64,000 bases of DNA, from positions 62,001-126,000 of the forward strand of contig CAXHJY010001451.1 of assembly GCA_964016885.1 (NCBI GenBank), written 5' to 3'. Each line of letters begins with the position of its first letter. Position 1 is the stretch's first letter. Position numbers and translations under genes: made by a program. Source of the stretch: Eledone cirrhosa. Its lineage: Eukaryota. The notes below the pieces were generated by a model. That model was not told the DNA's origin and did not search any database. It was given only the letters and a program-made list of their open reading frames with translations. Of this stretch, positions 15,225 to 26,152 are shown piece after piece.

Positions 15225-15410
15225 GAGGTTATATTTAATTTGTTGGGATTCAAGAAGCTTAAACATTTTTATAACTGAAATAAAGCACTCAACAATTTAG
15301 TGGAGTAAATACACAATATATTAATAAATGGAAACTATACAGGAATCTCCAACCGTTAAGGTTGTCTTTTTTTCCGAGTACATCAATATTTATTTACAAA
15401 ACAAATCTGT

Positions 15411-15473
15411 ATTTTATCTGATGAAAGCGCACCATAATTTGCCTTGGTGTCCTTGAAATATGTATAATGAAAT
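15411..15473 (+). ncRNA. Type I hammerhead ribozyme motif (family B)
   Basis: attttat-CTGATGA-aagcgcacca..tggtgtcctt-GAAA-tatgta-TA-atgaaat. Confidence 0.7.
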
Positions 15474-15601
15474 AAATATGGTTTTATAAATATAGTTTCC
15501 ATTTATTAATATCGTATGTTTACTCCAAATACTTGTTGAGTGCTTTATATCAGTTATAAAAATATTTGCTTGTTGTATCACAACAATTTAAATAGAACTT
15601 T

Positions 15602-15640
<39 letters not shown>

Positions 15641-15671
15641 AGATCAAAAGATGGTTAAAGGAGTTCCATGT

Positions 15672-15740
15672 ATTTTATTATGCGCATTTCAAAAACAAAC
15701 ATCATCATGCAATAATATTTGTGTTTTCATCAGATAAAAC
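15672..15740 (-). ncRNA. Type I hammerhead ribozyme motif (family A)
   Basis: gttttat-CTGATGA-aaacacaaatattatt..gatgatgtttgttttt-GAAA-tgcgca-TA-ataaaat; palindromic stem III. Confidence 0.78.
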
Positions 15741-15796
15741 AGGAGAACATGATATGAAGGCTAAAAAACACTTGTGGATAGTGCAGTTTTAAATCA

Positions 15797-15836
<40 letters not shown>

Positions 15837-16026
15837 TTAAATATTTATAAGTCGTTTGGAAGCCTCGACAATGCAAATGGGTAAATCTCCGGGTAACAGG
15901 GTCCGGTGGAGGAGAGAGAGATATGTAAGTGGGTGTACGTTGAGATGCGTGGTGTGTATAAGATGTGTGAGATGTGTAGAATGAAGGGAAGAGTGAAAGG
16001 GTAAAAATAATAATAACAGTAATAAT

Positions 16027-16154
16027 ATATTTATTAAAATAACAGATTAAAGTTTAAGCAAAGAATCGCTGCTTTCACCCTTAATGGGATCTTCTGTTAA
16101 GGGTGAAAGCAGCGATTCTTTGCTTAAACTTTAATCTGTTATTTTAATAAATAT
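16027..16154. repeat. Perfect inverted repeat, 58-bp arms
   Basis: 16027-16084 is the reverse complement of 16097-16154; the centre pairs with G-U wobbles. Confidence 0.9.
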
Positions 16155-16237
16155 TTGCTCTACAGTTCTTATATATTTGATATATATTTATCCTTATCGA
16201 GCCCTCTTTGGATTTTAGTCTTCAATTTTATTATTAT

Positions 16238-16307
<70 letters not shown>

Positions 16308-16317
16308 GTGTGTGTGT

Positions 16318-16489
16318 GTGTGTCTATACATAGAATTTTTCTATTATGTAGATCACGTTTCTGTTTATTAAACATACATATATATGACACACTATATATA
16401 TATATATATATATTTAGTGTGTCATATATATGTATGTATAATAAACAGAAACGTGATCTACATAATAGTAAAATTCTATGTATAGACAC

Positions 16490-16492
<3 letters not shown>
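16318..16492. repeat. Near-perfect inverted repeat (~75-bp arms) around a (TA)n loop
   Basis: gtgtctatacatagaattt...gacacacta / tagtgtgtc...aaattctatgtatagacac. Confidence 0.85.
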
Positions 16493-16521
<29 letters not shown>

Positions 16522-16575
16522 AGAAGTTGTATTTAATTTGTTGGAAGTCCGACAATCACACACACATATATATAT

Positions 16576-16630
16576 GGAGGCACATGGCTTAGTGGTTAGA
16601 GCATTGGCCTTGCAATCGAAAGGTTGTGAG
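16576..16630 (+). mobile_element. tRNA-derived SINE head, truncated into the 72-bp array
   Basis: ggaggcacatggcttagtggttagagcattggccttgcaatcgaaaggttgtgag; A box present, cut before the B box. Confidence 0.65.
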
Positions 16631-17845
16631 GTATTATGTGAGGTAAAGTCTTTACTGTGACAATACAATAGTATATATAGAGTAATGTAAATGTTATGTG
16701 AGATATTATGTGAGGTAAAGCCTTTACTGTGACAATACAATAGTATATATAGAGTAATGTAAATGTTATGTGAGATATTATGTGAGGTAAAGCCTTTACT
16801 GTAACAATACAATAGTATATATAGAGTAATGTAAATGTTATGTGAGGTAAAGCCTTTACTGTGACAATACAATAGTATATATAGAGTAATGTAAATGTTA
16901 TGTGAGATATTATGTGAGGTAAAGCCTTTACTGTGACAATACAATAGTATATATAGAGTAATGTAAATGTTATGTGAGATATTATGTGAGGTAAAGCCTT
17001 TACTGTGACAATACAATAGTATATATAGAGTAATGTAAATGTTATGTGAGATATTATGTGAGGTAAAGCCTTTACTGTGACAATACAATAGTATATATAG
17101 AGTAATGTAAATGTTATGTGAGATATTATGTGAGGTAAAGCCTTTACTGTGACAATACAATAGTATATATAGAGTAATGTAAATGTTATGTGAGATATTA
17201 TGTGAGGTAAAGCCTTTACTGTGACAATACAATAGTATATCTAGAGTAATGTAAATGTTATGTGAGATATTATGTGAGGTAAAGCCTTTACTGTGACAAT
17301 ACAATAGTATATATAGAGTAATGTAAATGTTATGTGAGATATTATGTGAGGTAAAGCCTTTACTGTGACAATACAATAGTATATAGAGAGTAATGTAAAT
17401 GTTATGTGAGATATTAAGTGAGGTAAAGCCTTTACTGTGACAATACGATAGTATATATAGAGTAATGTAAATGTTATGTGAGATATTATGTGAGGTAAAG
17501 CCTTTACTGTGACAATACAATAGTATATATAGAGTAATGTAAATGTTATGTGAGATATTATGTGAGGTAAAGCCTTTACTGTGACAATACAATAGTATAT
17601 ATAGAGTAATGTAAATGTTATGTGAGGTATTATGTGAGGTAAAGCCTTTACTGTGACAATACAATAGTATATATAGAGTAATGTAAATGTTATGTGAGGT
17701 ATTATGTGAGGTAAAGCCTTTACTGTGACAATACAATAGTATATATAGAGTAATGTAAATGTTATGTGAGATATTATGTGAGGTAAAGCCTTTACTGTGA
17801 CAATACAATAGTATATAGAGAGTAATGTAAATGCTAAACGGTTAA
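16625..17845 (-). repeat. 72-bp minisatellite (~17 copies) at one end of a piggyBac-like MITE
   Basis: Reverse complement of the 44640-46497 array; ends taaatgctaaacgg-TTAA (TIR plus TTAA). Confidence 0.9.
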
Positions 17846-18069
17846 ACTCCATTTAGCACAACATATGGGTGAGGGTTAGGATCATATATTATATATAAGT
17901 ATGTATTCATATGACTGTACATATACATATGTATATGTATATGCATGTGGTTGACTACTAATGGAGAAGAGTACTCAATACAGAAGCAGATTTTAATATT
18001 CTTTATATTAACGCTAAATAGTGAGCCTTTTTACTCTGGAGCTTCGCCTGTTTATGTAAACAGGCGAAG

Positions 18070-21000
18070 CAACTGACCGGCTGGACCTTAAAGCAACACT
18101 AGCCAAGCTCATTGATGTTATTCAACCATCTTGATTGGGGTCTCCTGCCGGTGTGTTTTACCAATAAAATTTATCCTGTGATTCTTTCCTGAGACATTCT
18201 AACCACATGTCATAGTATCAGAGCTGTGGTCTCTCAATTCAGAGAAGTAGCAGCTCTACCTGGAGTGACTCTCCAGCGATTCTTTCCTGAGACATTCTAA
18301 CCACATGTCCATAGTATCAGAGATGTGATCTCTCAATTCAGAGAAGTAGCAGCTCTACCTGGAGTGACTCTCCAGTGATTCTTTCCTGAGACATTCTAAC
18401 CCCCTGTCCATAGTATCAGAGATGTGATCTCTCAATTCAGAGAAGTAGCAGCTCTACCTGGAGTGACTCTCCAGTGATTCTTTCCTGAGACATTCTAACC
18501 ACATGTCCATAGTATCAAAGCTGTGATCTCTCAATTCAGAGAAGTAGCAGCTCTACCTGGAGTGACTCTCCAGTGATTCTTTCCTGAGACATTCTAACCA
18601 CATGTCCATAGTATCAGAGCTGAGATCTCTCAATTCAGAGAAGTAGCAGCTCTACCTGGAGTGACTCTCCAGTGATTCTTTCCTCAGACATTCTAACCAC
18701 ATGTCTGTAGTATCAGAGCTGTGGTCTCTCAATTCAGAGAAGTAGCAGCTCTACCTGGAGTGGCTCTCCAGTGATTCTTTCCTGAGACATTCTAACCACA
18801 TGTCCATAGTATCAGAGCTGTGATCTCTCAATTCAGAGAAGTAGCAGCTCTACCTGGAGTGACTCTCCAGTGATTCTTTCCTGAGACATTCTAACCACAT
18901 GTCCATAGTATCAGAGCTGTGATCTCTCAATTCAGAGAAGTAACAGCTCTACCTGGAGTGACTCTCCAGTGATTCTTTCCTGAGATATTCTAACCACATG
19001 TCCATAGTATCAGAGCTGTGATCTCTCAATTCAGAGAAGTAGCAGCTCTACCTGGAGTGACTCTCCAGTGATTCTTTCCTGAGACATTCTAACCACATGT
19101 CTATAGTATCAGAGCTGTGATCTCTCAATTCAGAGAAGTAGCAGCTCTACCTGGAGTGACTCTCCAGTGATTCTTTCCTGAGACATTCTAACCACATGTC
19201 CATAGTATCAGAGCTGTGATCTCTCAATTCAGAGAAGTAACAGCTCTACCTGGAGTGACTCTCCAGTGATTCTTTCCTGAGACATTCTAACCACATGTCC
19301 ATAGTATCAGAGCTGTGGTCTCTCAATTCAGAGAAGTAGCAGCTCTACCTGGAGTGACTCTCCAGTGATTCTTTCCTGAGACATTCTAACCACATGTCCA
19401 TAGTATCAGAGCTGTGATCTCTTAATTCAGAGAAGTAGCAGCTCTACCTGGAGTGACTCTCCAGTGATTCTTTCCTGAGACATTCTAACCACATGTCCAT
19501 AGTATCAGAGCTGTGATCTCTCAATTCAGAGAAGTAACAGCTCTACCTGGAGTGACTCTCCAGTGATTCTTTCCTGAGACATTCTAACCACATGTCCATA
19601 GTATCAGAGCTGTGATCTCTCAATTCAGAGAAGTAGCAGCTCTACCTGGAGTGACTCTCCAGTGATTCTTTCCTGAGACATTCTAACCACATGTCCATAG
19701 TATCAGAGCTGTGATCTCTCAATTCAGAGAAGTAGCAGCTCTACCTCGAGTGACTCTCCAGTGATTCTTACCTGAGACATTCTAACCACATGTCCATAGT
19801 ATCAGAGCTGTGATCTCTCAATTCAGAGAAGTAACTGCTCTACCTGGAGTGACTCTCCAGTGATTCTTTCCTGAGATATTCTAACCACATGTCCATAGTA
19901 TCAGAGCTGTGATCTCTCAATTCAGAGAAGTAGCAGCTCTACCTGGAGTGACTCTCCAGTGATTCTTTCCTGAGACATTCTAACCCCATGTCCATAGTAT
20001 CAGAGCTGTGATCTCTCAATTCAGAGAAGTAGCAGCTCTACCTGGAGTGACTCTCCAGTGATTCTTTCCTGAGACATTCTAACCACATGTCCATAGTATC
20101 AGAGCTGTGATCTCTCAATTCAGAGAAGTAGCAGCTCTACCTGGAGTGACCCTCCAGTGATTCTTACCCAAGACATTCTAACCACATGTCCATAGTATCA
20201 GAGCTGTGATCTCTCAATTCAGAGAAGTAACAGCTCTACCTGGAGTGACTCTCCAGTGATTCTTTCCTGAGACATTCTAACCACATGTCCATAGTATCAA
20301 AGCTGTGATCTCTCAATTCAGAGAAGTAACTGCTCTACCTGGAGTGACTCTCTAGTGATTCTTACCTGAGACATTCTAACCACATGTCCATAGTATCAGA
20401 GCTGTGATATCTCAATTCAGAGAAGTAACAGCTCTACCTGGAGTGACTCTCTATTGATTCTTTCCTGAGAGATTCTAACCACATGTCCATAGTATCAGAG
20501 CTGTGATCTCTCAATTCAGAGAAGTAGCAGCTCTACCTGGAGTGACTCTCCAGTGATTCTTTCCTGAGACATTCTAACCACATGTCCATAGTATCAGAGC
20601 TGTGATCTCTCAATTCAGAGAAGTAGCAGCTCTACCTGGAGTGACTCTCCAGTGATTCTTTCCTGAGACATTCTAACCACATGTCCATAGTATCAGAGCT
20701 GTGATCTCTCAATTCAGAGAAGTAACAGCTCTACCTGGAGTGACTCTCCAGTGATTCTTTCCTGAGACATTCTAACCACATGTCCATAGTATCAGAGCTG
20801 TGATCTCTCAATTCAGAGAAGTAGCAGCTCTACCTGGAGTGACTCTCCAGTGATTCTTTCCTGAGACATTCTAACCACATGTCCATAGTATCAGAGCTGT
20901 GATCTCTCAATTCAGAGAAGTAGCAGCTCTACCTCGAGTGACTCTCCAGTGATTCTTACCTGAGACATTCTAACCACATGTCCATAGTATCAGAGCTGTG

Positions 21001-23118
21001 ATCTCTCAATTCAGAGAAGTAACTGCTCTACCTGGAGTGACTCTCCAGTGATTCTTTCCTGAGATATTCTAACCACATGTCCATAGTATCAGAGCTGTGA
21101 TCTCTCAATTCAGAGAAGTAGCAGCTCTACCTGGAGTGACTCTCCAGTGATTCTTTCCTGAGACATTCTAACCCCATGTCCATAGTATCAGAGCTGTGAT
21201 CTCTCAATTCAGAGAAGTAGCAGCTCTACCTGGAGTGACTCTCCAGTGATTCTTTCCTGAGACATTCTAACCACATGTCCATAGTATCAGAGCTGTGATC
21301 TCTCAATTCAGAGAAGTAGCAGCTCTACCTGGAGTGACCCTCCAGTGATTCTTACCCGAGACATTCTAACCACATGTCCATAGTATCAGAGCTGTGATCT
21401 CTCAATTCAGAGAAGTAGCAGCTCTACCTGGAGTGACTCTCCAGTGATTCTTTCCTGAGACATTCTAACCACAAGTCCATAGTATCAGAGCTGTGATCTC
21501 TCAATTCAGAGAAGTAGCAGCTCTACCTGGAGTGACCCTCCAGTGATTCTTACCCGAGACATTCTAACCACATGTCCATAGTATCAGAGCTGTGATCTCT
21601 CAATTCAGAGAAGTAACAGCTCTACCTGGAGTGACTCTCCAGTGATTCTTTCCTGAGACATTCTAACCACATGTCCATAGTATCAGAGCTGTGATCTCTC
21701 AATTCAGAGAAGTAACTGCTCTACCTGGAGTGACTCTCCAGTGATTCTTTCCTGAGACATTCTAACCACATGTCCATAGTATCAGAGCTGTGATCTCTCA
21801 ATTCAGAGAAGTAGCAGCTCTACCTGGAGTGACCCTCCAGTGATTCTTACCCGAGACATTCTAACCACATGTCCATAGTATCAGAGCTGTGATCTCTCAA
21901 TTCAGAGAAGTAACAGCTCTACCTGGAGTGACTCTCCAGTGATTCTTTCCTGAGACATTCTAACCACATGTCCATAGTATCAGAGCTGTGATCTCTCAAT
22001 TCAGAGAAGTAACTGCTCTACCTGGAGTGACTCTCCAGTGATTCTTTCCTGAGACATTCTAACCACATGTCCATAGTATCAGAGCTGTGATCTCTCAATT
22101 CAGAGAAGTAACAGCTCTACCTGGAGTGACTCTCCAGTGATTCTTTCCTGAGACATTCTAACCACATGTCCATAGTATCAGAGCTGTGATCTCTCAATTC
22201 AGAGAAGTAACAGCTCTACCTGGAGTGACTCTCCAGTGATTCTTTCCTGAGACATTCTAACCACATGTCCATAGTATCAGAGCTGTGATCTCTCAATTCA
22301 GAGAAGTAACAGCTCTACCTGGAGTGACTCTCCAGTGATTCTTTCCTGAGACATTCTAACCACATGTCCATAGTATCAGAGCTGTGATCTCTCAATTCAG
22401 AGAAGTAACAGCTCTACCTGGAGTGACTCTCCAGTGATTCTTTCCTGAGACATTCTAACCACATGTCCATAGTATCAGAGCTGTGATCTCTCAATTCAGA
22501 GAAGTAGCAGCTCTACCTGGAGTGACTCTCCAGTGATTCTTTCCTGAGACATTCTAACCACATGTCCATAGTATCAGAGCTGTGATCTCTCAATTCAGAG
22601 AAGTAGCAGCTCTACCTGGAGTGACCCTCCAGTGATTCTTACCCGAGACATTCTAACCACATGTCCATAGTATCAGAGCTGTGATCTCTCAATTCAGAGA
22701 AGTAACAGCTCTACCTGGAGTTACTCTCCAGTGATTCTTTCCTGAGACATTCTAACCCCATGTCCATAGTATCAGAGCTGTGATCTCTCAATTCAGAGAA
22801 GTAGCAGCTCTACCTGGAGTGACTCTCCAGTGATTCTTTCCTGAGACATTCTAACCACATGTCCATAGTATCAGAGCTGTGATCTCTCAATTCAGAGAAG
22901 TAGCAGCTCTACCTGGAGTGACCCTCCAGTGATTCTTACCCGAGACATTCTAACCACATGTCCATAGTATCAGAGCTGTGGTCTCTCAATTCAGAGAAGT
23001 AGCAGCTCTACCTCGAGTGACTCTCCAGTGATTCTTACCTGAGACATTCTAACCACATGTCCATAGCATCAGAGCTGTGATCTCTCAATTCAGAGAAGTA
23101 GCAGCTCTACCTGGAGTG
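18070..23118 (-). repeat. 99-bp minisatellite (~50 copies, 18180-23118) derived from an RTE-type LINE, with the element's downstream sequence at 18070-18180
   Basis: The reverse complement of the unit translates ESLQVELLLL*IERSQL*YYGHVVRMSQERI (the stops look like CGA>TGA decay); the flank continues ILLVKHTGRRPQSRWLNNINEL. Confidence 0.9.
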
Positions 23119-23496
23119 AGGCACATGGTTTATGGAGGCACATGGCTTACGGAGGCACATGGGGGTGGGGTGTATTTTTGTTAAGAGGTGCCTACTGACT
23201 GTAGGTTTCACTTCGTACTTAGGTAAGGCGGGTCTTCTGTATTACTGTGTAGCGCCAAAGATCTTGGTCCAGTGACATTGTCTTGGAGAAGTGTAAGTGT
23301 GTGAGGTCGGAATTTCTCAACATGTATCATCATCATCATCATCATCATCACCGTTTTACGTCCGTTCTTCCTCGCTAGCATGGGTTAGACGGGTTGTCCT
23401 GTTGTGGGCAGTGTCTGGTCGGCTGACCTTGCCTTGCTCATACAGGAACTGATGTATGTAAATGAAATTTATTCACGTTTTTTTTTCTTTTTACAG

Positions 23497-23953
23497 AGTG
23501 GCTGTGGCGCGACATTCCAAACTACATTGATCAAGGCTACCTCGACTATCACCCAGGGCCACGTTCCGGAAGCTCCGCATGGGGAGACAGCAACGGCACA
23601 CTTTGGCTATTTGGGGGTCACACCTTCTGGGAGGAAGCTCAGTCTGCGGCAGGGGGGCGTCGCGACCCCGTGCTGCTCAACGACCTCTGGATCCACCACA
23701 CGAAGGAAAACGTTTGGGAGTTGAGGCACTCCGGGTGGCAAGAAGGCGACGGGGCTGGGCAGACGGCCCCGCCTTATCTCGAGGCGCCCGTGCCGCGCTA
23801 CGGCTCGGTGGCGTGCGGGCTCCCCGGCATCATGTTCGTGGTGTACGGTGGGGCAGAGGAAGGAGGGCAGGTCCTAAACGACACCTGGGTATTTTACCAA
23901 AGACATCGGCGTTGGATTAACCTAAACAGGGTACAGCAACGGGACCCCAGAAG
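23497..23953 (+). CDS. Exon 2 of Kelch-repeat membrane protein (blades 1-2)
   Basis: Polypyrimidine tract plus ttacAG acceptor; WLWRD..PGPRSGSSAWGDSNGTLWLFGG..LLNDLW..PVPRYGSVACG..VVYGG..LNDTW; AG|GTAAGC donor, phase 2. Confidence 0.92.
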
Positions 23954-26090
23954 GTAAGCAGAGTTATCCTTGAGAGGGGTCTTTATTTGTGTAGTTTCAG
24001 GGGATGGAGGTCAATGGAAGGAGCAAGGGTGAAGGATTTGAAAGGGGCTGTGACCATGTCCCGTTTTTTAGGGGTTTCATGATTGGTGGGGGGGGTCTTG
24101 GAAGACCATGTCCCGTTTTTTAGGGGTTTCATGATTGGTGGGGGGTCTTGGAATGGTGAGCACTAATGTTGTGGGTTTATTTTTACTGTCTTGGGGGACG
24201 AAGGACGCTGCCCTGGGCCCTTTTTTTTTAAGGTCACCAAAACTGAAAGGAGAAAGGGTCGAACGTGATCCCAAAAGGTAAGCAGTAATATACTGAGGAG
24301 CGGGCTTTATTTGTGTACTGTTTAAGGGGATGAAGGGCAATGGAGGGTGGAAGGGACAAGGGTTTGAAAGGGGCTGTGTCCATGTCCCGTTTTTTAGGGG
24401 TTTCATGATTGGTGGGGGTCTTGGAATGGTGAGCACTAATGTTGTGGGTTTATTTTTACTGTCTTGGGGGACGAAGAACGCTGCCCTGGGCCCTTTTTTT
24501 TTAAGGTCACCAAGACATCGGCGTTGGATTAACCTAAACAGGGTACAGCAACGGGACCCCAGAAGGTAAGCAGAATTATCCTCGAGAGGGGTCTTTATTT
24601 GTGTAGTTTCAGGGGATGGAGGTCAATGGAAGGAGGATGGGTGAAGGATTTGAAAGGGGCTGTGACCATGTTCCATTTTTAGGGGTTTCATGATTGGTGG
24701 GGGGGTCTTGGAAGACCATGTCCCGTTTTTTAGGGGTTTCATGATTGGTGGGGGGGTCTTGGAAGACCATGTCCCGTTTTTTAGGGGTTTCATGATTGGT
24801 GGGGGGGTCTTGGAAGACCATGTCCCTTTTTTTAGGGGTTTCATGATTGGTGGGGGGGTCTTGGAAGACCATGTCTCTTTTTTTAGGGGTTTCATGATTG
24901 GTGGGGGGGTCTTGGAAGACCATGTCCCTTTTTTTAGGGGTTTCATGATTGGTGGGGGGGGTCTTGGAAGACCATGTCCCTTTTTTTAGGGGTGTCATGA
25001 TTGGTGGGGTGGTCTTGGAAGACCATGTCCCTTTTTTTAGGGGTTTCATGATTGGTGGGGGGGTCTTGGAAGACCATGTCCCATTTTTAGGGGTTTCATG
25101 ATTGGTGGGGGGTCTTGGAAGACCATGTCCCTTTTTTTAGGGGTTTCATGATTGGTGGGGGGTCTTGGAAGACCATGTCCCGTTTTTTAGGGGTTTCATG
25201 ATTGGTGGGGGGGGGGGGGTCTTGGAAGACCATGTCCCTTTTTTTAGGGGTTTCATGATTGGTGGGGGGGGTCTTGGAATGGTGAGCACTAATGTTGTGG
25301 GTTTATTTTTACTGTCTTGGGGGACGAAGGACACTGCCCTGGGCCCTTTTTTTTTAAGGTCACCACAACTGAAAGGAGAAAGGGTCGAACGTGATCCCAA
25401 AAGGTAAGCAGTAATATACTGAGGAGCGGGCTTTATTTGTGTACTATTTAAGGGGATGAAGGGCAATGGAGGGTGGAAGGGACAAGGGTTTGAAAGGGGC
25501 TGTGACCATGTCCCGTTTTTTAGGGGTTTCATGATTGGTGGGGGTCTTGGAATGCTGAGCACTAATGTTGTGGGTTTATTTTTACTGTCTTGGGGGACGA
25601 AGAACACTGCCCTGGGCCCTTTTTTTTTAAGGTCACCAAGACATCGGCGTTGGATTAACCTAAACAGGGTACAGCAACGGGACCCCAGAAGGTAAGCAGA
25701 ATTATCCTTGAGAGGGGTCTTTATTTGTGTAGTTTCAGGGGATGGAGGTCAATGGAAGGAGCAAGGGTGAAGGATTTGAAAGGGGCTGTGACCATGTCCC
25801 GTTTTTTAGGGGTTTCATGATTGGTGGGGCGGTCTTGGAATGGTGAGCACTAATGTGGTGGGTTTATTTTTACTGTCTTGAGGGACGAAGGACACTGCCC
25901 TGGGCCCTTTTTTTTTAAGGTCACCAAAACTGAAAGGAGAAAGGGTGGAACGTGATCCCAAAAGGTAAGCAGTAATATACTGAGGAGCGGGCTTTATTTG
26001 TGTACTGTTTAAGGGGATGAAGGGCAATGGGGGTGGAAGGGACAAGGGTTTGAATGGGGCTGTGTCCATGTCCCTTTTTTTAGGGCCTCC
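23900..26090 (+). repeat. Compound duplication of the exon-2 3' end and donor, with a nested ~51-bp G-rich minisatellite (24660-25275)
   Basis: agacatcggcgttggattaacc...agaagGTAAGC recurs at ~24513 and ~25639; unit tttaggggtttcatgattggtggggggggtcttggaagaccatgtccc. Confidence 0.9.
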
Positions 26091-26152
26091 AAAATTGTAG
26101 GAAAAATGGATGAGGGTTTGAAAAATGAGCATGAATGTTCTGGGGGTTTTAT

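Larger units (their letters stand above)
14660..15800. mobile_element. Cluster of alternately oriented Penelope-like terminal fragments separated by (TA)n
   Basis: Five related ~150-200 bp copies in +/-/+/-/+ order plus a second family; hammerhead motifs followed by AATAAA. Confidence 0.65.

Noticed and set aside
24060-25820. Telomeric repeats (ttaggg)
   Set aside because: Single occurrences within a 51-bp unit, not tandem TTAGGG.
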